The notes beneath the pieces are model-generated. The model saw only the letters and a list, made by a program, of their open reading frames with translations. It was not told the origin of the DNA and did not search any database. The translations under genes were made by a program, and so were the position numbers. This document shows positions 44,459 through 56,400 of a stretch of DNA of 64,000 nt, one piece after another. The DNA is from Amoebophrya sp. A120 (lineage: Eukaryota > Protista > Dinoflagellata): contig CAJINV010000004.1 of the NCBI GenBank assembly GCA_905178155.1, positions 2,502,228 to 2,566,227 of the forward strand, read 5' to 3'. Numbering within the stretch: position 1 is the stretch's first letter; each line of letters opens with the position of its first letter.

Positions 44459-47400
44459 TCAAAATTCTCCGTCGTACAACTCCTGCTGTTCGTAATCCCT
44501 CACCGTCGTTCTTCTTCCTCCTACTCCTCCACCACCACTATTGTCCAAAAACATCCCGCTCGCGGCCGTCGTGGTTCTCCGTTTCATCTCTGACAAAATG
44601 GCTTCTTCCGGAGAAGTGAACGCTTCGACAAACGGGTAGTAGTCGTCACTATCGGCCCCCTATCCTGTGCAAAAGTATCGTTGTACTCGTAGCGATTGCA
44701 TTTATGCATTACAAATCCCCTTTTTAAGCTGAAAGCGCATGACAAAGTCTAGTTGTAATGCTGAGCGAATTTGTATAATTGCAAAACTACGAGTACGATA
44801 CTTTTGCAATTCATACTCCCCCGCGCCCAGCAACTTCCCTCTCGACCTCGTTTGTTTTCAGAAAATCTTCAAAGTCACCCGAATTGTCCTCGCTGCTGTC
44901 AGAATTCGAGCTAGTGTCGAAATCCTCCATCACCAGTATGGAGTTCTCAAATGTTGCGCATCAGCTGTTACATGAATTTGTGATGCAAGAATGGCAACAG
45001 TCAAAGGGGCAAGCTTGCTGCTTTCGCATCACAGATTTGGCACAGATTTAAATGCTGTTTGGCCTCCCGGAGATTTGTCATGCGTAGCAGCTGGATCATC
45101 TGGCGGCTTAAGGCAGTCTTGCATGACAAATTCATGTAACAGGTGAGAATGTAACGTTTGAGAATGCCATAAGCATGCTGTTTACCCACCCGCGCTGCCG
45201 GCGCTGGTTCACGAAGGGGCTGGCGTTCATGAAGCTAAAGAGCTTGGTACTTCTGCTCTGCTCGGCAGGTATGGGAGTGGAAAATTTCGGGCTCAACGGC
45301 CAAAATTTCTTCAATTTGCGTGCAGATCAAGCACCAAGAAGTGTTCTCTTTTCGTTTCAGTGCCTGTAAATCGGTACCACATGTAAAAATCTTAGTTTCA
45401 TGCATCTTGACGCGGCGACAGCAGATCACAATCATCATCATCATTTACAACTTCAAAAAATCTTATCGTAAAGGTAAAGTAGACTTCAAAAATTCCCATC
45501 CCATACCCATGGGCGTGCCCGCACGCGAGGCAGGTGCGCCGGGTGACGCGCGCCCGCTGGCATTCTCGTGGTCTTGATCCACGGTGCTCCGGCGTCTGCG
45601 TCCTTTGGAACTCGTTCTCGCGATGACTTTCGTGCCATCTGTATCTTCCTCCGAATCTGGACCACGATAATCATTATCCCGAGCAGTTGTACTGCTACCT
45701 TGCTGCTGTTCTCCTCCTCCTGCCGCTTGTTCCCCGCCAAATACCTGCCCGCGGCCGAACAGCGCGGCTGTTGGGGTGGTCTTGCTCTTTTATCCAAAAT
45801 AAAAACGTCGTCCTCGCCCCATAGGTGTCACGCAAATTATCGATAGGCCGACAATGTTTCTCATGGATGTTGCGCAGCCCCAACTACATGAGAGGTATTT
45901 TCTAATTGTGTTTCGGAATAATTGGTCATGCTTGAATCATCGCGACAAGGTGCTGAATCTTTGACGCTTCTACACTACCTAAGCAGGAGGACTACAATAC
46001 GATCCCAAAGAACTTGTCATGCACACCAGCCAAAAGTTGTTGACTTGTCTTGCAGATTTCCCATCTTGACAACTCTGGGGTGGGGACGTTTTTGCTCAGG
46101 ACCTACCTTTCCAACGAAACCACGACCTTTTTCTTCTCTCCCACTGTCGTCCTCGATACTCGGCAAACGGTATGCATTGCAAAAGCATCGCACTTGCAGT
46201 AATTGCAATCATGCATTACAAATCTCTTTCTTGAGGCAGATCTGCATTACAAATTGCATTTCTCATGCTGAGGAAATTTCTCATGCGATTTATACTAGTA
46301 CAAGTGCGACACTTTTGAACTGCATAAACGGAAGAGATCGTTCGTTCCGGAAGAAACGTTCTTCGCAGTCGGTTATCAAACTGAAAAATCCTCCCTCCCC
46401 ATATCCAAGCGGAAATCTGTGATGCAGATTTGTGGCAGCTTTGTCATGCTAGAAGGGAAGAGATGCGGACTGTAGTGCTGGGTTGCGTGGAAAAGCCTTG
46501 CATCTTCAGCATGACAGGAGGCAGCTGGAAGTGGGAAACAGCATGACAAATTGCTTCCAAACGCAAACGAGGCCGCAGCTGCGCCTCTTTGCCTTCTAGC
46601 AATACAAGTGGACTTGTGTACTCAAATACAGCATCACAAATTTCGTTTTCGATTTGGGGAGGGGGGATTGTTCCTCGCGATATCGGTCCCACCCGCGTTT
46701 TACTGTCCGGCCGGTAGGGAAGCACCGCGTAGAGCGAAGCGGGATTTCGGTCCTGGTCGCTTTTCAGGCTTGATGTGTGGGTAACAGCAAGAAGCGGCGA
46801 AGCTGATGAAACCGCGGCTGTATTAAGTAGTGGCGCCTTGTTCGTGGTATTGAGCTTGGCTTTCGGCACGACCGGATCCTTTCGCGCCTGCTTCTCGTGG
46901 TCCAAGTGGCCTAGACTCTTGGCCGCCAATTCCGCCATTCCGACGAGAAACTCGTCCCGGGAAATCTCGTATCAAATGCAGATATGTCTGGGGCTTGAAA
47001 CTTGTAATGCTTAGTTGGAAATAGTGAATGCTCCGTAATGCACAGCCAAGCATGAGAAGTATTTTCGTGCCTAAGTGTGAGTGTTGCGGTTTTCGCATGA
47101 CAAACTGCGTTTTTGCATGACATGCAAAAGGGTGCGTTCTTGGACACGCATAACAAGCTCTTCAATCATGCCAGACAAGCATGACAAACCCTGCATCCTT
47201 CCGGACCCAGACAGATTTGCAAAGCATATCTCGCCAATCCCGTCGGCGTTAATTAAGTGGTACAAAATGCAGCGGTTCACCCGCTGGTACTGGTACCGCT
47301 TGACCGCTTGGATGTACTCCTTTTCCGAGATGCTGCCGCCGCCATCGCGGTCAAGGGCCTGCCAAACCTCTTCCAGGCTGCAGAGCGTGAAGGGTTTGGT

Positions 47401-50400
47401 GGTTTGCGAAGTAGTTGTTCCGTACTTTCCACCTTTGCTCGCCGCTGTCCTCAACGAGGACGACCCACTGCCAACACCTGTTGGAATAAAATCGTGGGCG
47501 GCGGGCAAATCCCGGCTGCGCGCGGTTTTGTAGTGCTCTGAGACCGTTTTGCCAAAAGCCATCTGCATGGAGGAGGCATGATCCTCTTCGCCTAATTTTT
47601 CTTTGCTACTTGTACTGGTGTTAATATTGGCAATCTGAACGTTTTTCTTTCCAGCAGTCGACTTACCCGGCGCGGATGATGCTGCTGCCCCGCCAGAGGT
47701 GCTCAGTCTCCTCCCCCCCGCTGTGGTGGGTGTGATTTGCACTTTCTTGTTGTTGCCAGTGGTCGACGTTGTTGTTCCGCTGGAAGAGGATTTGTTGCCA
47801 GTCTTGTTCTTTTGGGAAGTGGGAGAGGCACTGCGCTGGTCGTCTTTGGACTGTTTATTGCGGCCTCCACTAGCAGCTGTATTAAAACCTGTACCATTGT
47901 AACCCCCATCTGCTTCTTGTTCCTCATCCGTGCCCGCTGCTCTGTCAAACTCTTCCTCGCAAATCTCCGGCAACTCGTCGAGGTCTGCGAGAAAACTATC
48001 CCTCGCCCGCCCATCCGTGATGGTGATCCTCTTCCCGCCACCAGGGGCCGCGCTGGACGTGATTTGCACCCCCGAGCTGGTTATCAAATGTAAAAATGTC
48101 TGGGTCTGGAAGATTGCGAGGTTCTTTGTCATGCACGTTTTGCATGACTTTTGATGTCTGTGATGCATGCCCTAGCGTCACAGATTTTGTGAGGGCTACC
48201 TGATGCCTGTACCGCATGACAAATGCTCTTTCCGTGTAGCAAAACTTGGGCTCTCTTTGCTGCTCATGCAATACAGATTTTTTTACAATCCAAAATCAGC
48301 ATCACAAGTTGCATTCTTCCAGACCCAGACATTTTTACAGTTGATACTGGTGGTCGTCGTGAAGGATTGCCTATCAAATGTAAAAATGTCTGGGTCTGGA
48401 AGGTTGGAACTTGTCATGCTAACTCTAAATGATGCAGAAATCTGTGTTGCGTGAGTGCCAAAAGCTGTCCGCTTTTGACCAAGTTGAGAGGGGGTTTCTC
48501 ATGCAGGAAAGGCATGGTAGAGACCTCAAAGAATCTGTCATGCTGGGCCTCGCATTCCAGACCTCGTGGGTCATGGAAAACATGCATCACAAACCTGGCA
48601 TTTTCCAGACCCAGACATTTTTACAGTTGATATTGCCGTTTACTATTATTCGAAGAAGAGGAACTGGAGGTAATTATAGAAGCCCTGCCTCCACCAGAAA
48701 GAACGCTTCCCCTCTTCGCCCCGCTGGCTGTTGAACTACTCAACATTCCAGCCCCAACATCGGTTGAAAAGTTCGTTGTGTGCCGCCCTGCCCGCATCAT
48801 CTCCCGCCTCCGCGCCGCGCTCATCGGCGGGGGGCGTTGCGCTTTTAGCAAAAGTTTTTGCTTCGCGAGCTTCTCTGCGGTGACTTTTAACTTGAGGAAA
48901 AACACGAATTCCTCCAAACCAAGAAACATTTCCGACCAAATGTCGTTCAGAACCTTGTATTATCAAATGGAAAAATGTCTGGGTCTGGAAGGTTGCCAGG
49001 TGTGTCATACATATTTTGCATGACTCGGGATGTCTTTAATGTATGATCTAGCATCAGATACTTCTAGAGGCCTTCCTGATGCCTATCCCGCATGACAAAT
49101 GCCCTCCCCGCGTAGCACAAACTGGGCGCCTCTTGCTGGTCATGCAATACAGATTTTGTTAGAGTCCAGAGTTAGCAACACAAGTTGCATTCGTCCAGAC
49201 CCAGACACTTTTGCATTTGATATGTATTCGATCCAGCTAATGGACCCCTCCCGGGTCCGGTCGAGAAAACGAAAGCAGGACAAAATTTTGTTCTCGGAAG
49301 AAGCAGCTTGTTCACCACCTCCGGGAAGATTTGAACCTCCAGAGGCACCGGCTTCTTTGTTTATTTCCCTGTCCGTCCCCGAGTCGTCATTGCCGCTACT
49401 GTTGCCACCCCCAGAGGTACTGCTCAAGTTTAGGGCGGAAAAATCGGCAAATACCATCAATTTTGTAAGCTCACACTTTGGGGGGGTAATTTTTTCTTTC
49501 TTGTCCGGAAGTCAACTACCCGGAAATCAACAGAAGTAAAGCATCACTTCATCTTTTCCACGAGAAACGTGATAGCTCGGCTTTCAAAAGGCCTTCATAG
49601 CAAGACACGAAACAGGCTGCAGCGCCTTCGTGCTGCGCGTTGTCGCTCAGATGGCCCGGCAATGTTGAATAGGCCCGCTCTTCGAGAAGTGGTTGGGCCA
49701 CCTCCACCGGGACCGGACCACAACGAGGACGTTCGCCAGGAAGAGGAAACCCGGCAAGGGGGGTGGTCAGGGGGGTGCATTTTTGCCCCCTTCGGACACA
49801 CCTTCCGGGTACCCCTTCCGGGTACCCTTTCGGTAGCCTATTCCGACCCCCTAGTCCCCCTTGGAAACTGCTGATTTGGCATGTCCCAAAATGGTAGCCC
49901 AGTGGTAGCCCAAGCCGACCCCCTTACCCCCCCCCCTTCGGCACCCCCTCCGGAGGCACTAGACTGCTGGCGCGTCCGCATTTTCAACATCCGGCCGCAG
50001 AGGGAAGATGAGAAGATGTCTGGGCGCGTACGGAGTTGGATGTGGGAGAGGGGACGCGGCTCTCCGTGCCGGAGGGCCGCAGGCCTGTGCAACTTCAGCA
50101 AAGTGTTGCGGTTCTAATGGAAAAAGGGGAGGGCCGGAGGGCGGACCCTGACAACGAAGAGTGGCGCCAGCATCTATATGGCCAACAGGAAAAGAAGCAG
50201 CGTCGACAACCCCAACAGCCGTAATTTTTTTGCCACCCCAAAATGCGTGCTCGCAAAAATGATGGTATTTGCCGATTTTTCCGCCCTAACAAGTTAATCC
50301 CGATATAGAAGAAGAAAAGCTTGTAAATGTAGCTTTCTTGATGGAATAGCATGACAAATCTGTAACTGTATCGCATAGAGAGAGAAAACCTGTCATGCGC

Positions 50401-53400
50401 AGATGGTACTACGTGAAAACCCGCTTGAATGGACCTTGCAAAGCAAGCCCAGCATGACAGCCGCAATCATCTTGCAGATTGCGCATCACAAAGTTACACT
50501 GACAATGTTTTTTCTACTTCGATACCCGAGCCGGGCCAACCCCTCTTCCACCGTTTTCATGTATCCTGTGCAAAAGTATCGCACTCTTACGAATTGCATT
50601 ATTGCATTACAAATCTGGTTCCTAAGGCGAATCCGCATTACAAATTCGATTTGTAATGCTGAGCAAATTTCTTGTAATGCAATTCATACTAGAACTAGTA
50701 CGATACTGTTGCAATTCATATCATGGTCAACGTCCCAACGCGGAGCTTGTCCAAGAACCGGAAGCTGTCTGGCAAGGAATCGAAGGAATGAAGCATATAC
50801 ACTGCAAAAGTATCGTCATCGTACTAATTGCGTTTATGCATTGCAAATCTCTTTCTGAAGGCGAATCCGCATCACAAATTCAATTTGTAATGCTAAGTCA
50901 ATTTGTAATGCAATTTATACAAGTAGGTACGGCACTTCTGCAATGCATAAAGCAAGTAGATCGCCAACTCGCGCATGTGCGGGGGGGTTTCTTCCAAACT
51001 CATCCACCACTCGATATCGCGGCTTTCCTGCTCGAGATTTTTCAGGTCGACGTTCCAATTCCCGTAGACCGAAGCCATGGCGTATCCTGAGGAAAAACGT
51101 CCCCAACCCATAGTTGTCATGCAGATTTGCAATTACAGGGCGATTTGTGATGCGCATCTCCATGAGAGGCATTTCCAATCGCGTTTTGGAATTTGTAATG
51201 CTGTAAACAGGAAGATAACGATAAAGCAGATGGATTCGCGATGCGGTTGTCCTTGCTGACATGCACTACGCTACGGACTGCAACTTGTCATGCGTTGCTC
51301 GCAAAACTTCTGGATTTGTGTTGCTAAGATCCGAACTTGATTATCGCGTGGGGACGTTTTTACGTATGATATGGTGAGCCGGAAGTCGGTCTCTGCGAAC
51401 TCGGGCGCGCAAATGTACTGCACCTCGAGGTTGCCGCGCTTCGGCGGGTCGAGCTCCCAGGTCTTGGGGAGGTAGCTGGTTTCGGTAGTGGTTGTTTTTG
51501 GAGCAGAACTTTTTTACTTTTGTGTGTAGCTACCTCCAGAAAATAAATGTTGATGGTTGCAAGAAAGTGGAATGTGGCAGACCTCTCCTCCTGCTTGTAC
51601 TCCTTGCAATTTCATCTCATGTCAAGGAATTTCTGTGTCAAGAAATTTTTCATCGCATGAAAAAAAACAAATCAATTCTTCATAAGTACCCGTTCCAAAC
51701 CAAGTTGTCTGGGTTATCAAAGAAAATTTGATCCGTCGGCAAATTCTCGCCTTCCTCCATTTTCTCATACTGCAGGAGACTGTGCAACACAATTCGGTCC
51801 TCGTGGTAGCGCAAGTCCATGTGAAACCGATAGTTTTCCGGCTGCACGTAGGGGAATAAGAAGATACTCCCGACCCGCTTCCGCAGCCCCTTGGTCCACT
51901 CTTTGATCGGAATCGCGGATCGGACGACTTTTTCATTCAAATACCAATCCGTGCACCTCGTGCAATATGACCTGCAACAGTATCGCCATGGTATAAATGC
52001 ATTACTTTACACATTTCCTCAGCATGAGAAATAAAATTTGTCATGCTGATTTACCTTAAGAGCAAGATTTGTAATGCATGTTTGCAAGTGCTACGAGTAC
52101 GATACTTTTGCACAGGATATGCAATAGTTTACGACGATGTCTAGCGCCATTTTCTGCCCCAGTTTGTTGTTAATGAACAGCTGGAGCAACCTCCTCAATT
52201 GCTTGCACGTCAAGAAAATCTGATCGGACAGAATGTGCAGGGCGGATTTGTAATCCCGGATCCCCGTGTTCGACTTCAAAAGCGTCTCGATCAGCATCAA
52301 AACTTGCTCATCCGTCATCGTCGTCGCGTTTTTCGGCGGCCGCCGGCTGGAGAAAAAGTCGAACTCCAACCGAGCTTTGGTCGGCAGCTGGAAGGTGCTG
52401 TTCATTTCGAAGGGTTGGAGATTGATGGTTTCGTTCCGGAACTGGGATTGGTTCCCGAACTGGGACAGGTAGAGCTGCTGATGAGACGACTTACCACCAC
52501 CACCACCGCCACCATTTCCGCTGTTGAAATTTCCCGGCTTCAAATTGTTGGGTTTGCTATTCCAAATCTCGTTTTCCCACCGGTCGAGGTACAGCAAACT
52601 TTCCGCCACCGCGTAGTCCGCACACGATTCCAACTCCAGCGAGTATTTTCCACTAGGGTTTTCCGGAAGAAACGACAAGAACTTCTGTGCGTACAGTTTG
52701 AGTTTGAAGGTGTCCGACTTTTTCACGCAATGCTTTGCGATGAGCAACTGCGTTCGCACCATGGCGCTGCCCCGCCCGGAAACGGCGTGGAGGAGGTAAA
52801 ACAGGATTTTGTGCTTCAGCAGCGGGGCGTAGGTGATCAGCATGTGGCAGAAGGTGAGGGAGAGCGAGAAGTCCGCGGACAGGGCAAGCAGCATCAAATT
52901 CTGGTCCCGGGGGTCCTGGTCAAGGAAGGACTTCCACACTTTTGCGAGTTTTACTTCGGCGTCGAACCCCGCGGCCACGCGGAAAACTTCCCGCGCGCGC
53001 CGCAGGGTCGAGACGGAAAGGGGCTCGGACACCTGGTCCGGTTGCGCAGCAACGAGTGGCGCCGCTTGTTTGGCAGTTGTGTGCTGTACCTTTGCCCCCG
53101 TGGGCATTCCATTTCCACCTCGCGCCTTTGTTTGTTGTTCCGCGTCTCCGTTCAACTTCGCGTTTAGTTGGAAGGAAAACAAGACAATGCCGCTTGGCTG
53201 TATGGTGAACTGCTTTTTTTCAATGTCGTACCCGATTACGGAGTTGACCGGGACGGTTTTTTCCGCCAACGAATCACGATCCGTAAATTGGCAGTCCGGT
53301 AGAAGCTCCTTTAGGTACAGCAACAGGTACAAGACCGCCCTGCCGCCCGCGTCGAACAGATTCAGTCGGTAAATCCTCTGCGCCGCGGACTGCCGGAAAT

Positions 53401-56400
53401 TCCACAAGCTGTAGCCCAGCCCCTCCACCGCATTTTCGTCTGTCGGATCGATAATCTTCCGGGAGATCGCGCGGTTTTCCTGCTCCAGTAACGTTTCTGC
53501 GATGTTGGGACTAGCTCCGCCGGGGACAGCGCCGGCTTTGTTTACCGCATCCGTTGCGCTGGAAGACGAATTCGGCCGGCTGGTGAGATATGCAGTTTTG
53601 GAAGAACGAAGAAAGAAAATGTCGTGGTTGCCGAGGGATAGTACACAGATGAAAGATTTTTGCAGGGTGTTGACAGGAGGTTCCGGCGAAAGCTTTCTCT
53701 GACTGAGTGACAAACTGGACTGCAACTTGTTCTTCATACGTACTTGCAATGTCAAGAGTCTCGTGATAGGTGTGTAGTATCATGCAATCTGCTTTTCGAT
53801 ATTAGTCTGATCGTCATCGTACAGCACGCTACTTTAAACTTTACCCTTCATTTGCAAGCATACCTCACCGTTCCGCATGTTCATCAGACCCGTCCCGGGT
53901 CTGCCCTCTGCCGTAGCCTCCGGTTCTTTCCCAAACTGCCCCGTGTTACTGGTTGACAGGCCCTTCAAATTTAGGTTCTTCAACCTCGGGTGCTTCACCA
54001 GCGCGCGCAGCAACGACCTGCACCCCTCCGACCCGATCGCGTTGTCGTTGCAATTCAGATCGACCAGGTGCTTGTTGTAAAACAGCCCGGCTTCCAGAAT
54101 ACAGGCGGATTTCGCTGATAGGTGGTTCAAGGACAGGTCCAACACCTCGACCGAATTGAAATTCCGGATCCCCTCCAAAAAGTAGTTCAGCGGGTTCGGC
54201 TTCTGCCGTTGCTTTACCGCGGTGTTACTGATGTTTAACACCCGGAGGGAGTCGTGCTTTTCCAATTCCACACGGAGCGCGTTATACGCTGGCTCCTCGA
54301 AACAATTCCAGGACAGGTCGAGGTTTTTCAGCCGGATGTTTTCAAACAAGTTGTGAATCACCTTGTCCGCCTGGTCGGTCGGCAGATTTACATCGGAAAA
54401 ATTGATCGTCTGCACCGGTCTTTCGCCCAATAAATGACTCAGTTGCAGCATGGTGCTCGCGGAGATTTGCTTCAAGCCGGACAGTATGAAGTGCAAAAGT
54501 ATCGTATTCGTATAAATGCATTACAAATTTCCTCAGCATGAGCAATGAAATTTGTATCAATTTGTAATGCGGATTTACCTTGAGAAAAAGAATTGTAATG
54601 CATGATTGCAATACAAGTACGATGCTTTTGCATTTCATAGACAAGTACAAGTGCCGTAAGCCGAACATCTTCGGCAAACACACTTCCGTCAGCTGCTCCA
54701 TGCTGTAGTTTCCTAAACCGAAGCAGTTTTTCAGCGTGAACTTCTTCAGAGACCGCTTCATGTGGTCGGATTGGATAATACTGTGCAGGAAGGGCACGAA
54801 GCTGTCGTCGGTCAGTGCTGGGTTATCCGTCAAGTCAATGTGGGTCACCGGGTTTCGTTGAACCAGAACGGATATCCATTGCAAAAGTATCGCACTGGTC
54901 TAACTTGCAGCCATGCATGACAAATCTGTTTTCTTACCTGAATTCGCATCACAAATTCCAGTTTTCCTCTCGAGAGAGTTTGCCATGCGATTCATACTAG
55001 TGCGATTCGTTTTGCAATCCATAACGGACAACGCTTTCAAGTCGTTGTCCTGTAAATTGTCGTTATTCGCGACGAACTGTGTGGGGTCGTTGTTGATTAA
55101 GAACTTCTGCAGCGGGACCAAACCGGCGAGCTCACACATATGAAATGCAAAAGTGTCTGGGTCTGGAAGGTTGCAAGATTTGCGATGCAGGTGTTCCATG
55201 ACCCATGAGGTCTGGAATGCGAGACCCAGCATGACAGATTTTTTGAGGTCTCTATCATGCCTTTCCTGCATGAGAAACTCCCTCTCAACTTGGTCAAAAG
55301 CGGACAGCTTTTGGTACTCACGCAACACAGATTTTTGCATCATTCAGATTTAGCATGACAAGTTCTAACCTTCCAGACCCAGACATTTTTGCATTTGATA
55401 ACACAACTTTGCGTACGATTTCACCGCCTGCCTCTGGTCGTTTTTCGTCGCCTCCAGCATTTTTTTCAGTTCGTCCGGTGCGAGCTATCCTGTGTAAAAA
55501 CGTCCCCAACCCATAGTCAAGCTGGGAAATCTGCTAGACAAGTCCACAAGGCTTGGCTGTTGCGCATGACAGGTTTGGCCTCGTAGTGTAATCCTGTTTA
55601 GTTAGTTCAGCAGCATCACAAATCTAGCGCATCATGCTGATTGGAGCATGACAAATCCCGAAACACGACTAGAAAATGCTTCTCATGGGACTCCGCATGA
55701 GAAACATCTTCAGCATGCAGAATTGCATCCCAACTATGGGGTGAGGACGTTTTTACAAATGATACGAGCGACCGCATCTTCTTCCAATTTACCGGATCAT
55801 TTTCGAATTGCCGCTATGCATCGCAAAAGTATCGTCTTCGCAGTAATCGCAACCGTGCATGACAAATTCATTTTGTTTGAGGTAAGTTAGGATGACAACT
55901 TTCATTTCTCATCCTGAGGAAATTTGTGATGGTGCGATTTGGTTTTCTACCAGTACAATACTTTTGCACCGGATAGCCGTAGCGCATCGGGATTGTTCAG
56001 TAATTGTTCAAAATAGAAGGATTTGTACTCGGTTATCCCGCAGTTCTCCTCGTTTTTCAAGAAGTTGTTGGGCAGCATTTTGCCCGCGAAATTCGGATCG
56101 GAAGAGGAGAGCGCGCGGGAAGTTGTCCCAGACTTACCGCTTGTGCCAGACTTGCCCCCTGTGCCTTTCCCGTACGCGGGTAAACCAAATTGAAATAACG
56201 TTTTCTCCATCGGGTGGAGCGCCGCGAGTATCTCCCGCGGGTCGTCCTTTGAAATGTCGAACTTCGCTAGTTTGTCCCCATGCCACTTGTTTCGGATCTC
56301 CCGCTGCCACTTCCGGTGTTTGTATTATGGATTTCTCGAATGTTAATACACTCTCAGCTGTCACATGCTTTGTCATCCAAACTTACCATCGGCGTAGACA

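Noticed and set aside
5473-49227. Rule that every sense-strand TSD contains a G acting as the splice point
   Set aside because: Counter-examples: AATTT/ACTTT (5478), CCTAC/CCCAC (27389), CCCTT (34796), ATACA (48961). Enrichment may exist but needs statistics.
49429-49435. TTTAGGG telomere-like motif at an element end
   Set aside because: A single unit that is part of the TIR; no tandem array.
254-55509. Many short ORFs sharing peptides such as SNVKMSGSGR, FQTQTFLHLI, VQKYRTR and RGRGSCALS
   Set aside because: They are translations of introner TIRs in various frames, not a protein family.
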